Source of the DNA: an uncultured bacterium
GTDB taxonomy: Bacteria > Verrucomicrobiota > Verrucomicrobiia > Limisphaerales > UBA8199
Length of the DNA stretch: 64,000 nucleotides
Direction of reading: 5' to 3'
NCBI GenBank assembly: GCA_963749495.1
Contig: CAVVMW010000018.1
Coordinates: forward strand, 192,001 to 256,000
Numbering within the stretch: position 1 is the first letter of the stretch; the number at the start of each line of letters is the position of its first letter. Positions 21,239 through 31,646 of the stretch are shown here, piece by piece. Below the pieces are notes generated by a model that saw nothing but the letters and a program-made list of their open reading frames with translations, made no database searches and was not told the origin of the DNA. The position numbers and the translations under genes were made by a program.

Positions 21239-22129
21239 ATGGATATAAAAAAAGTTCTCCTCACGCAATCCTGAACCGCTTTGCCGATGACCTGATTCTG
21301 CTGCCGCTCCAGCCCCGAAGCCAAGAGATCTACTGGGTCTGTGTGCGCCAACTCTCCGATCACTTTGAGCGCTCGCCCAACTTGGTCAGCGCCGAGGAAC
21401 TCCGCCAGTATTTCATCCATCTCAAGACCCAGCGGCACTTGGCCCGCCAAACCTCCACGCAGGCTTTGTGTGCCATCAAACTCTTCTGGGAGAAAACCCT
21501 CCAGCGGCCCTGGCAGGCGGAACTGGAGTTTGTGCGCGCCACACCCCAATTCAAGCTGCCAGTTATCCTCTCGGCCGCCGAGGTGCGCACAATTATCGCC
21601 CGGGTTGCCCCTCTGGACCATCGGGTCGCCCTGACAACGATCTACTCCTGTGGCCTGCGCTTGGGCGAAGCCGTCAACCTGGAAGTCGGCGACATCGATT
21701 CCCGAACGGATGTTCCTCCACATCCGGGCGGGCAAAGGCAACCGCAACCGTTACGTGCCCTTGCCCCAGCGCACGCTCGAACTGCTGCGCGAGCTCTGGC
21801 GCAGCCACCGCCATCCACGATGGCTCTTCCCAGCTAAAGGCCACAGCGGTCTGGGCGCTGCTACCGCCACAGAGCCCATGGACCGCAGCACGCTGCAACA
21901 AGCCTTCCGCCGGGCCCTGCGCGCCAGCGGCATCAGGAAGGCCGCCCACATTCATACGCTGCGCCACAGCTATGCCACCCACCTGCTGGAGCAAGGCGAA
22001 AACCTCCGCCAATTGCAGGTCAACCTCGGCCATCACAGCCCCGTCACCACCGTCATCTACACCCACTTAACCACCCTCTGTCAGACTCAGCACCAGCAGC
22101 GCATTAACAAATTCATGGGCAACCTCTAG
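21239..22129 (+). CDS. tyrosine recombinase (SAM-like N-terminus), frameshifts near 21250 and 21705
   Basis: KLPVILS, YSCGLRLGE, GKGNRNRYVPL, HTLRHSYATHLLE, LGH, TVIYTHL. Confidence 0.88.
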
Positions 22130-22140
22130 GCGGCCTCTAA

Positions 22141-23382
22141 ATGGCCGCAGCCGCTCAGCGCAGCGGCAGCTCCTTATCCGTCCACGACGTGTTGTGCCGA
22201 TGGGCTCCGGCCTATCTGGAGCAGTTCGGAGCTGCCATGCCCACCCGCCAGCGCCAGGTGCTGCAAAACCTTTTGGTTTGCCGCACCGCGGCCCTGGGCG
22301 GGGCGATGTACTATTGCCCCAAGTGCAACCACCGCCACTTCAGCTACCACTCCTGCAACGACCGGCACTGTCCGCAGTGCGGCGGCCAGGATGCCCAGCA
22401 GTGGCTCGATGAGAATAGCGCCCTGTTGCTGCCGGTGAACTATTTCCTGCTCACCTTCACCGTGCCCGAAGGCTTGCGCCGCTGGATTCGCTCTCACCCC
22501 CAAAAGGGCTATGACCTGCTCCTGGCCGCCAGTTCCCAGGCCCTGCAGGATCTGGCTCAAAATCCCAAACGCCTCGGCGCCACCCTCGGTATGCTGGGGG
22601 TGCTCCACACCTGGACGCGCACCCTCGAATACCATCCCCACGTCCACTACCTGGTCCCCGGCGGCGGCCTCAGCCCGGACCAGCGCCAGTGGATCTCCAG
22701 CCGCCCTCGGTTCCTGTTGCCGGTCAAAGCCCTGAGCGATCGCTGCCGCACGCTTTACCAGGCGGCACTCCAAAAGCAGATGCCCGAGGCCCTTGCCCTC
22801 CTGCCGGCCAAAGTCTGGCAGCAACGCTGGGTCGTTCACAGCGCTGCTGTCGGCAGGGGCCAAAACGCGTTGCGCTACCTCAGCCGTTACGTGTTTAAAA
22901 CCGCCACCGGCAATCGCCAACTCCAATTGCTGCCTGACGGACGCTTGCGCTGGCCCTTCCGCCACAGTGCCACGGGGGCTTGGGGCCACATGGACATGGC
23001 CCCCTTCGAGTTCCTCCGCCGCTTCCTCCAGCACGTCCTGCCGCTCAGATTCCATCGGGTCCGCCGCTTTGGCTGGCTCCATCCCGGGGGCCGCGCCCAG
23101 TTCAACCGCGTCCGAGCCCTGCTCAAAATACCGCCCTTACTCTCCGCGGCCGAGAAAGCCGCTTGGCAGCCTCCGACCTCCAGCCCGCCGACTGACCCGC
23201 CCTTGGCCGCTCAAGGAGTCTGCGCCCAGCCCACACCCCTGCCTGTCCGGCAGGCAGGCCTGCTTTGTCCGCATTGTGGCACCGGGCTGGTCCTGGTCGG
23301 CTCCTGGCGCCCAGGACAAAAGGTCATCTCCTTGCCCGACGGCTCCCCCGTCGGCGTCCGCCGCACCATCAGGCCGCCATGA
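22141..23382 (+). CDS. IS91-family (Y2 HUH) transposase with zinc-binding domain
   Basis: CRTAALGG, SCNDRHCPQC, LHTW, HPHVH (HUH), YLSRY, RFLQHVLP. Confidence 0.92.
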   Translation: MAAAAQRSGSSLSVHDVLCRWAPAYLEQFGAAMPTRQRQVLQNLLVCRTAALGGAMYYCPKCNHRHFSYHSCNDRHCPQCGGQDAQQWLDENSALLLPVNYFLLTFTVPEGLRRWIRSHPQKGYDLLLAASSQALQDLAQNPKRLGATLGMLGVLHTWTRTLEYHPHVHYLVPGGGLSPDQRQWISSRPRFLLPVKALSDRCRTLYQAALQKQMPEALALLPAKVWQQRWVVHSAAVGRGQNALRYLSRYVFKTATGNRQLQLLPDGRLRWPFRHSATGAWGHMDMAPFEFLRRFLQHVLPLRFHRVRRFGWLHPGGRAQFNRVRALLKIPPLLSAAEKAAWQPPTSSPPTDPPLAAQGVCAQPTPLPVRQAGLLCPHCGTGLVLVGSWRPGQKVISLPDGSPVGVRRTIRPP

Positions 23383-23662
23383 AAACTACGCCCTGGACCA
23401 CCTCACTGCTCGTTCCGGCTGGGGGGCCAACTCCCACCCCCGCGCTTTGTTCGCGTGGCACCCGCTTGAGCGTCCCAACTGGCCAGTGGCCAATCCCGGA
23501 GCCTCGACAACGCTGCCGCCCCGTCAGCACCGGGACTGGCGCAGGTTGGCACGGCTCTGGCCCGTCCCCAAAAGCCTCGACCGCAGACCGTAGTCAAAGG
23601 CAAATCCAGGACTTTCCGCAGTACCCCCAAGGATGGCCCAACGAACCTTGGGCCGCGGCTTC

Positions 23663-23782
23663 GTTCAACCCAGGAATGTAGAGAACACGGGGGCGGACCC
23701 AACTTCTCCAAAGTCACTTCTGTATTCCCGAGTCCCGCCTTATCTCGCCCCCGCGTTCTCTACATTCCTTTTTCTGTTGCGC
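23663..23782 (+). other. attC-like hairpin site (120 bp)
   Basis: GTTCAAC (RYYYAAC), long stem AGGAATGTAGAGAAC/GTTCTCTACATTCCT, then GTT. Confidence 0.6.
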
Positions 23783-23939
23783 GGAACGCGCTACCCTGGG
23801 TCGCGCGCGCTCTGCTCAACTACCCTGAAAGGGTTGCATCGCTGCTGAAACTTGCAGGGTTTTCAAATTGGTGGCCTCAAACCCAGGGTAGCGCCTTTGG
23901 CGCAACCCTGGGCTGAGTGATTTCCATCCCTTCGGGATG
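23776..23939. repeat. REP-like palindrome (CAGCCCAGGGTTG...CAACCCTGGGCTG); right part of the interrupted host element (left part 21033-21068)
   Basis: Inverted arms with CCCTGAAAGGG and CCCTTCGGG hairpins. Confidence 0.75.
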
Positions 23940-24046
23940 GTCGGCAAACCGGTGGTCGCGCCCAGTCGCTTGTGCCGTGGCGGTACGGGCACGATACAGC
24001 CACCGGTTTCTGCCTTTAGCCTTTAGCCTTTAGCCTTCAGCCTTTC

Positions 24047-24721
24047 TTATTTGAGGTCCGGCATGTCCCGCTTGGCGATGGCCAGCGCCGCCCCTTCATA
24101 GTTGGGCAAGCGCTTGACGACCGCGTTGCGAAACATCACGACACTGCCGTCGTTGTGCTGCTGAAGGGCCAGATGGCCGGAGACATACGTGTTCTTCTGG
24201 TCCACGAAATCGGTCACGATCTTGTCGTTGACCTTGATGATGATGCGATTGCCGATGGCGATGACGTGCTGCGTGTACCACGTGTCGTCGGGGATGAGTT
24301 GCTCGAGGACCTTGTGGAAGCCATAGAGGCTGCCGGTCCGCTGCGGGTCCGGGCTGGTGTTTTCGACCTGGGCCTCATAGCCCTTGGGCCAGCCCTTGCC
24401 CAGGGCGGCGCGGATGTACATGCCGCTGTTGCCGCTGTGGTTGAGCTTGACCTCGGACTTGAATTCGAGGTTGGTGTAGGTGTAGGGGCTGAACAGGTGG
24501 CTGGTCGGGCCCTGGCCGATGACCACCCCGTCCTTGACTTCCCACTTGCCGGGGTCCGGGGCGGTCCAACCGCTCAAGGTCTTCCCGTCGAAGAGTTGGA
24601 TCCAGCCCTGGCGGTCGGGTTTGTCGGGCATGGGCTGGCCGGGCTCGGTTTGGGCGTCCAGACGGGCGGCGGGGGCCGCCAGCGCCAGCGCCAACAACAG
24701 ACTCACTTGTATTCTGTTCAT
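24047..24721 (-). CDS. DUF1080 (3-keto-disaccharide hydrolase-like) secreted protein
   Basis: [34 protein letters not shown]. Confidence 0.9.
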   Translation of the reverse strand: MNRIQVSLLLALALAAPAARLDAQTEPGQPMPDKPDRQGWIQLFDGKTLSGWTAPDPGKWEVKDGVVIGQGPTSHLFSPYTYTNLEFKSEVKLNHSGNSGMYIRAALGKGWPKGYEAQVENTSPDPQRTGSLYGFHKVLEQLIPDDTWYTQHVIAIGNRIIIKVNDKIVTDFVDQKNTYVSGHLALQQHNDGSVVMFRNAVVKRLPNYEGAALAIAKRDMPDLK

Positions 24722-24817
24722 TGCTTGTATGTTGGAAACGAGGCTCTATTATATCGAACGCATTTCCTGCAAACCGGAGATTACGCCGGAGGGCGGGAAC
24801 GTGGCAATGTCAAATCT

Positions 24818-25843
24818 ATGAAGGCATTAGTGAAGCGGAAGGCGGAACCGGGGCTTTGGCTGGAAGACGTGCCGGAGCCCAAGATCAGCCTGAACGACGT
24901 GCTGATCCGGATCGAGCGCACGGGCATCTGCGGGACGGACGCGCACATCTACAAATGGGACGCCTGGGCGCAGAAGACGATCCCGGTGCCGATGGTGGTG
25001 GGGCACGAGTTCGTGGGGGAGATAGCCGAGGTGGGGTCCAACGTGAAGGACTTTTTCCCGGGCCAGGTGGTGAGCGGGGAGGGTCACGTGGTGTGCGGGC
25101 GTTGCCGCAACTGCCTGGCGGGGCGGCGGCACCTGTGCGCGGACACCCAGGGCATCGGCGTGAACCGGCCGGGGGCCTTCGCGGAGTACCTGGCCCTGCC
25201 CATGACCAACGTCTGGGTCCACAGCAACGGGATCGACCGGGACGTGGCCTCGATCTTCGATCCCTTCGGCAACGCGGTACACACCGCCCTCTCGTTCCCG
25301 GTGCTCGGGGAGGACGTGCTCATCACGGGCGCCGGGCCGATCGGGATCATGGCCGCCGCCGTCGCGCGGCACGCCGGGGCGCGCTACGTGGTCATCACCG
25401 ATGTCAACGAAGACCGGCTCGAACTGGCGCGGCGGATGGGTGTCACCCTGGCGATCAACCCGCTCAAACGCACCCTCAAGGATGTGCAAAAGGAACTCGG
25501 GATGCACGAGGGGTTCGATGTGGGCCTCGAGATGTCCGGCAACGCCTCGGCCTTCCGCGACATGCTGGCCAACATGAGCCATGGCGCCAAGATCGCCATG
25601 CTCGGCATCCCGGACAAAGATATGTCCATCGATTGGCACACCGTCGTGTTCTCGATGCTGACCATCAAAGGCATCTACGGGCGCGAGATGTACGAGACGT
25701 GGTACAAGATGACCGTCATGCTCCAAAGCGGCCTGAACATCAAACCCATCATCACCCACCGCTTTCACTACACCGAATTCCAAAAGGGATTCGAGGTCAT
25801 GCTCTCGGGCAAGTCGGGCAAGGTGGTGCTGAATTGGAAATGA
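24818..25843 (+). CDS. tdh: L-threonine 3-dehydrogenase
   Basis: [45 protein letters not shown]. Confidence 0.97.
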   Translation: MKALVKRKAEPGLWLEDVPEPKISLNDVLIRIERTGICGTDAHIYKWDAWAQKTIPVPMVVGHEFVGEIAEVGSNVKDFFPGQVVSGEGHVVCGRCRNCLAGRRHLCADTQGIGVNRPGAFAEYLALPMTNVWVHSNGIDRDVASIFDPFGNAVHTALSFPVLGEDVLITGAGPIGIMAAAVARHAGARYVVITDVNEDRLELARRMGVTLAINPLKRTLKDVQKELGMHEGFDVGLEMSGNASAFRDMLANMSHGAKIAMLGIPDKDMSIDWHTVVFSMLTIKGIYGREMYETWYKMTVMLQSGLNIKPIITHRFHYTEFQKGFEVMLSGKSGKVVLNWK

Positions 25844-25909
25844 CGAATGACGAATGACGAATTGGTTTGATCCAGAGGATCCACCTTTCCAGGCGGGTGT
25901 CCAAAAGAA

Positions 25910-27096
25910 ATGACTCCTTCGATACAGAAGCACGTTCTGGGGCAGCTCGATGCGATCCGCGCTGCCGGCACCTACAAACGCGAGCGGGTCATCACCACGC
26001 CGCAAAACGCCCGCATTGGCGTGACCGGCAGCGCCTCGCCGGTGCTCAACCTGTGCGCCAACAACTACCTGGGCCTGGCGCAACACCCCGCAGTCATCCA
26101 GGCCGCCCGCGAGGCCCTGGACCGCTGGGGCTACGGCCTCTCCTCCGTCCGCTTTATCTGCGGCACCCAGGGCCCGCACAAGGAACTGGAGCGCAAGCTC
26201 AGCCAATTCCTCGGCACCGACGACACCATCCTTTACAGTTCCTGTTTCGACGCCAATGGCGGGCTGTTCGAGACCCTGCTCGGCCCGGAAGACGCTATCA
26301 TCTCCGATGAGCTCAACCACGCCAGCATCATCGATGGCATCCGCCTCTGCAAGGCCCAGCGCTACCGCTACCTCAACAACAACATGGCCGACCTCGAAGC
26401 CAAACTCAAAGAGGCCCGCAATGCCCGGTTTCGGATGGTCGCCACCGATGGCGTCTTTTCGATGGACGGTTACATCGCCAACCTCCCCGCCATCTGCGGC
26501 CTGGCCGAGAGATACGACGCCCTGGTGATGGTGGATGACTCGCACGCCGTCGGGTTCATGGGCCCCACAGGCCGCGGCACGCCCGAGCACCACCAGGTCG
26601 CCGGCCGCGTCAATCTGCTCACCGGCACCCTGGGCAAGGCCCTGGGCGGCGCCAGCGGCGGCTATGCCAGCGGCCGCAAGGAACTCATCGAACTGCTCCG
26701 CCAGCGTTCGCGGCCCTACCTCTTCTCGAACACGCTCGCGCCACCATCGTGGGGGCGTCCTTGAAAGTCCTGGACCTGCTCATGACCTCGACCGCCCTGC
26801 GCGACTCCCTCGAGGCCAACACCCGGTTCTTCCGCGCGGAACTGGCCCGGCTCGGCTTCAATATCCTGCCCGGAACCCACCCGATTGTGCCCATCATGCT
26901 CGGCAACGCCGCCCTGGCCACGCGCTTTGCCGACGCCATGCTGGCGCGCGGCGTCTATGTCGTCGGCTTCTCCTACCCGGTCGTGCCCCAGGGCAAGGCG
27001 CGCATCCGCACCCAAATCTCCGCCGCCCATTCCCTCGAGGACCTCCAATTGGCCCTCAGCGCCTTTGCCGAGGTCAAACGGGAGCTGGGGCTGTGA
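25910..27096 (+). CDS. kbl: glycine C-acetyltransferase (frameshift near 26750)
   Basis: [38 protein letters not shown]; second frame has [14 protein letters not shown]. Confidence 0.95.
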
Positions 27097-27097
27097 A

Positions 27098-27557
27098 TCA
27101 ACCAAGTTCGCGGCGATCCTCGCCTGCTCGTCCCGGGCGTAGAACAGTGAAACCCAGCGCCGAGGCGGCCTTGGCCTGAGAGTCGTCCAAGGTCATGAGC
27201 CTCCTGAGCCGCAGTTCCTCCATGGCGGCCAGATGGAGCCGATCTAGCGAACGGCAATAGGCCGCCTGCGGATGCCGGTGTTGCCGCAGGGCCGTCGAGA
27301 AGACCGCTGCCGGCAAATGCCGGAAGTGAAAGGGGTCGAAATTGCGCATCGCCGCGAGCCTCGCCCGGGTACTGACGCCACTGGCTGAGGCGAATCTCCC
27401 CGCCGGCTGCCGCCCCCTTCAATTGCACCTCCGTCTCCAATTCCGCCAGCGATGACACCACCACCTCTTCCTCGGCATCCACTGCGCCCCGCACATCCGC
27501 ACTTTCCGGCTCCTCTCGCAGCAGCTTGAGCAGACAACTGGTATCCAGATAGATCAT
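27098..27557 (-). CDS. VapC-like PIN toxin (frameshift near 27368)
   Basis: MIYLDTSCLLK; RSLDRLHLAA in the second frame. Confidence 0.85.
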
Positions 27558-27560
27558 AGA

Positions 27561-27830
27561 TCATTTGCGGCGGTCAGCGAACGTTCGCTCGGCGCGGCTT
27601 GCCGCCAGCGCCGCATCACTGCTCGACACCTTGCCGCCGGAAATCCTTTTCTGCCAGCGCCCATGCTCTTTGGCGTCCCAGCGGGGGCGCTTGCCGGCCT
27701 GGGCCGGGATGCGCACCAGCTTGGCTACCGGCTTGGAATCGCGTGTGACGACGATTTCGTCCTCCACAGCCAGAGCCGCCTCTGCCTCGGGCCAGCGCTG
27801 GCGCAAGTCTCGAATGGTGATCGTTTTCAT
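27561..27830 (-). CDS. Phd/YefM-family antitoxin
   Basis: MKTITIRDLR...EIVVTRDSKPVAKLV. Confidence 0.88.
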   Translation of the reverse strand: MKTITIRDLRQRWPEAEAALAVEDEIVVTRDSKPVAKLVRIPAQAGKRPRWDAKEHGRWQKRISGGKVSSSDAALAASRAERTFADRRK

Positions 27831-28096
27831 GGCTCAAGATTAACATGTTTCACGCGTCGCGCAATGCCCGATTTCGAACGTTGGGACTTGACAAAACAAC
27901 CTGATGATTAGTAGAAAATTGGTGGAAACCGGCGCGGCATGACCCCGAGTTGGGATAGCGGGTCTTGCCGTTGGCGGAGGCAGAAGGAAAGGCCGTCTAT
28001 GGAACGGGAAAATGTCTTCCGACAATGCGGCCACAGCGGCGCGGGTTGCCGCACAAGTGGCGCCGCCTGCCCCTGGGCGGCCCGCCCTCCGACGCC

Positions 28097-28525
28097 ATGA
28101 CCAGCGCACAGGAAACCGGGTCCACCGAGACGAGAATCATCGGGCAGGGAGCGTTCACGCCGACGCATTGGTCGGTGGTCCTGGCCACGCGGGAGGAGGG
28201 TGCTCCTGAGGCGCGGGACGCGCTGGAACGGCTGTGCCGCACTTACTGGTTCCCACTCTATGCTTACGTGCGCCGGCGCGGTTACTCGCACGAAGAGGCT
28301 GAAGATCTGACCCAGGCAGGTTGTCTGACCCAGTCCCGAGCCGACATACCCTATGGCCAACTGGCAGCAGCCTTGGGCGTGGGCGAGGCGGCCGTGCGCA
28401 TGGCAGTACACCGGCTGCGGCAGCGCTATCGCGACCTGCTGCGGGCGGAGATAGCGCGCGGCCTTGCCGACCCCGCCGAGATCGAGGAGGAACTCCGTTA
28501 CCTTCACCGCGTCCTTGCGGGCTAA
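28097..28525 (+). pseudogene. ECF sigma factor with an apparent internal in-frame deletion
   Basis: FTPTHWSVV...YWFPLYAYVRRRG...AEDLTQ joined directly to region 4 (YGQLAAALG...AVRMAVHRLRQRY); 142 aa. Confidence 0.7.
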
Positions 28526-28541
28526 TTCTGTTGCAGAAAGG

Positions 28542-28671
28542 AACCGCTAATGGACGCTAATGGACGCTAATGAACGCGAACGAACGCGAATGAAACCCAA
28601 GTGCGGGAAACCCGACGTTCCTGGCATGTCCAGGGCGAAATATTCGCGTCTATTCGCGTCCATTCGCGGTT
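28542..28671. repeat. short-unit palindrome (AACCGCTAATGGACGC...ATTCGCGGTT)
   Basis: Direct reading. Confidence 0.7.
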
Positions 28672-28756
28672 GAGTTGACCGTATCTCAACAGGCTGCCAG
28701 AAAAAGCACATTAGTCTGTTACAAACCTCCCGCCCCTCCGTAGAAAGGGGTAGCTT

Positions 28757-31612
28757 ATGAGCGCACTATGCCCAGAATGCGGCAAGCCCGTGACCTCCGA
28801 CGGGCTGGAGGGCCTGTGCCCCGAGTGCATGCTCAAGGTGGGCCTGGGCACCGAGCCCGGCCCAGGCGGCCAGCAGCAAGGGCGGCCTGGCCATGGCGTG
28901 GACAAGGCTCTCACGCCGCCGGTCAGCGAGGTGGCCAGGCTCCTGCCGCAGCTCGAGGTCGTCGAATGCCTGGGGCGGGGCGGCATGGGCGTGGTCTATA
29001 AGGCGCGCCAACCCAAGCTGGACCGCTGGGTGGCGCTCAAAATCCTGGCCCGCGAGCGAGAGGAGAGCCCCGGCTTTGCCGACCGCTTTGCTGGCGAGGC
29101 GCGCGCCCTGGCCCGGCTCAACCATTCCCACATCGTCGCGGTCTATGATTTCGGCCAGATCGACCAGTTTTACTACCTGGTGATGGAGTTTGTGGACGGG
29201 CTGAGCCTGCGCCAGTTGCTCCAGGCGCGCAGGCTTACCCCGGCCGAGGCCCTGGCCATCGTCCCGCCCGTCTGCGAGGCCCTCCAATACGCCCACCAGC
29301 AGGGCATTGTCCACCGCGACATCAAGCCTGAGAACATTCTGCTCGACAAGCAGGGCCGGGTGAAGGTCGCCGATTTTGGGATCGCCAAGATTGTCGGCGC
29401 GGACCAGAAGGGCAAGGGCCTGACCGGCGACTCGCAGGTGCTGGGCACGCCGCATTACATGGCCCCGGAACAAGTCGAGCGCCCCGCCACCGTGGACCAC
29501 CGGGCCGACATCTATTCGCTGGGCGTCGTGCTCTACGAGATGCTCACCGGCGAGTTGCCCCTGGGCCGCTTCCCGCCCCCCTCCCAGAAACCCCAAGTGG
29601 ACGCCCGCCTCGACCAGGTCGTGCTGCGGGCGCTGGAAAAGGCCCCCGAGCGCCGCTACCAGCAGGCCAGCGAGGTCCAGACGGACGTCGAGACCATCAC
29701 CAGATCCCCTCCGTCCCCTCCGCCGCCCTTGGCCCCCGTGCCGCCTTCCGAGACTGCCCCCACCGTCGGGGGCCCGCCCGGAGTGCGCCCGTCCCCGGGC
29801 GCAGGGACGTCCGGAGCCAGGGGAGCGGTTGCACACTCCAGCGCGCCTGCCCCCTCCGTCGCTGCTGCGCCCGAGGACGGGCGCACTCCGGGGGCAGTGT
29901 CAGGACGCGCCCTCGCCCTGGCGGCCACGGCCATCGTCCTGGCGCTCGGTTCAAGCGCCTTGTTGCTGCGCTCGCATCGCGTCCGGGATAGAGCGCAGCC
30001 GGCTTCACCGGCGTCGGTCTCCGCACGGCCCCTGCCCCCGGGCGCCATCGACCTGCTCCAACGCTACCCGACCTCGCTCACCGTCGGGGATTCGGATCCC
30101 GATAGGGCTCGCGCCGTCGAGTTTGCCCAGGCCGACCTGTTCAGCGTCTCGCGTTTCCAGTTTCCGGTCGGCGACCAACTGCGCCTGGAGCTTGGGCCTG
30201 CGGACTTGGGTGTCGGGCATTGCCCGGACGGGGCGTTGTGGGCGCTGCTCATTGCCAGGAAGGGCGGCACCCTGGTCAGCCCCGCGAGCACAGGCAAAGA
30301 GCCGGTGGCGCGCGTCTGGTTGCGCTTTCATCCCAAGGAAATCAACCGCCTGTTCCCGCCCGAGACCGTCTCCGTCGGCGGGAGCACCAACCTGGTCTAT
30401 GAGATGCGCATCGTGGCCAAGTTAAAAACCAGCGCGAGCTATCATTCTTTCGGCTATTGCCTGATCCCGGACCGCAAAAGCGCAACGGTGGACATCGATA
30501 CCACAGGCGGTCCGCGACGCTTTTTCGTTGTGGATTTCGAGGCGGGCACGGTTGCGTACGTGCCCAATTTTGAAGCCCTGCGCCTGAGGCCGCCTCCCGC
30601 GGTCGCCCCGATGCTGGTGGCGAGTGCCTTCGAAGGGCTCTGCAACAGGGTCGAACAATCGTATCCGATCGCCACGTTGCGCCCGGAGGTGGATTGGGCC
30701 GGGCTTTACGCGGGCTATCGCCCCCGAGCGCTGGCCGCAACCTCTACCTACGAATTGGCCGGCATCTGCGCCGAGATGCTAAGCCAACTCCACAATCCGC
30801 AGGTCCGGCTCCAGGTCGCCGGGGCCGAGGTCCCGGTCTTTAGCCGGCAGGCCGCGCCCAACGGCAGCCGCTCGGCCTACGGACCGCTCCTGGGCAAGCC
30901 TAGCGGCCGCGGCTTGGTCGAGTGGACCGTGACCGGCGACAGCATCGGCTTTCTTGCCGTGCACGGTTGGCTGGACTCGGCTGCAGAGGATTGCAACCTG
31001 GCCCTCGAGCGGATGCGCCAGACCCGTGGCCTGGTGCTGGACGTCCGCTGGAACACCGGGGGAAATGAAGGACTGGCCCGCGAGGCCTCGGGTCAATTCC
31101 TGAGCGTCCCTTTCCTCTATGCCTTGGGCCGCGTCCGAATTGCTCGGTATCCCTCCTACCTCTCGTCCGAGTTGCAGCGCACTGCCAGTCCCCGTGGGCC
31201 CTGGCGCTATGACCGGCCGGTGTTGCTGCTCATCGGCCCGCGGTGCATGGACGCCAGCGAGTCCTTCATCGCGATGATGATGGGGGCCCCCAACGTCACC
31301 ACCATGGGCGCGGCCACCCGCGGGGCGCCCTATGGCGCTTCGGTGACCATCGAGCTCCCGCTGGAGATGACCGCCATCCTGCCCTCAGAGATCGAATACC
31401 TCCCCGGCGGCGCGTGTATCAATGGGCGCGGCATCCAGCCGCAAATCGAGTTTAAACCCGCTCCCGGTGCCTTTGGGGGCGGGCGCGATGACTTGCTCGC
31501 CGCCGCGCTGGAGCGGCTGCGAAAGCTCCCCTTGCCGGAAAGCCCTATCGGCGGCCCCGCCCCGCCGGCGGAGCAGGCGGGGCAACCGGCGGCAGAATCG
31601 ACAAACAAATGA
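28757..31612 (+). CDS. Ser/Thr protein kinase with TM segment and C-terminal S41-like peptidase domain
   Basis: CPECG knuckle; GRGGMG, HRDIKPEN, DFG, APE; LVLDVRWNTGG and CMDASESF. Confidence 0.9.
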   Translation: MSALCPECGKPVTSDGLEGLCPECMLKVGLGTEPGPGGQQQGRPGHGVDKALTPPVSEVARLLPQLEVVECLGRGGMGVVYKARQPKLDRWVALKILAREREESPGFADRFAGEARALARLNHSHIVAVYDFGQIDQFYYLVMEFVDGLSLRQLLQARRLTPAEALAIVPPVCEALQYAHQQGIVHRDIKPENILLDKQGRVKVADFGIAKIVGADQKGKGLTGDSQVLGTPHYMAPEQVERPATVDHRADIYSLGVVLYEMLTGELPLGRFPPPSQKPQVDARLDQVVLRALEKAPERRYQQASEVQTDVETITRSPPSPPPPLAPVPPSETAPTVGGPPGVRPSPGAGTSGARGAVAHSSAPAPSVAAAPEDGRTPGAVSGRALALAATAIVLALGSSALLLRSHRVRDRAQPASPASVSARPLPPGAIDLLQRYPTSLTVGDSDPDRARAVEFAQADLFSVSRFQFPVGDQLRLELGPADLGVGHCPDGALWALLIARKGGTLVSPASTGKEPVARVWLRFHPKEINRLFPPETVSVGGSTNLVYEMRIVAKLKTSASYHSFGYCLIPDRKSATVDIDTTGGPRRFFVVDFEAGTVAYVPNFEALRLRPPPAVAPMLVASAFEGLCNRVEQSYPIATLRPEVDWAGLYAGYRPRALAATSTYELAGICAEMLSQLHNPQVRLQVAGAEVPVFSRQAAPNGSRSAYGPLLGKPSGRGLVEWTVTGDSIGFLAVHGWLDSAAEDCNLALERMRQTRGLVLDVRWNTGGNEGLAREASGQFLSVPFLYALGRVRIARYPSYLSSELQRTASPRGPWRYDRPVLLLIGPRCMDASESFIAMMMGAPNVTTMGAATRGAPYGASVTIELPLEMTAILPSEIEYLPGGACINGRGIQPQIEFKPAPGAFGGGRDDLLAAALERLRKLPLPESPIGGPAPPAEQAGQPAAESTNK

Positions 31613-31646
31613 AAACAAAACAGCCTTGTCCTGACCCCAGCGGTGG

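Larger units (their letters stand above)
21066..23776 (+). mobile_element. tyrosine recombinase + IS91-family transposase element with an attC-like end, inserted in a REP palindrome
   Basis: GTTG at both junctions (21065-68, 23776-79); removing the element restores an arm matching the revcomp of 23881-23920. Confidence 0.8.

Noticed and set aside
21239..22129. Classical integron with a cassette array
   Set aside because: No attI or series of attC-flanked cassettes; the single attC-like site belongs to the element itself
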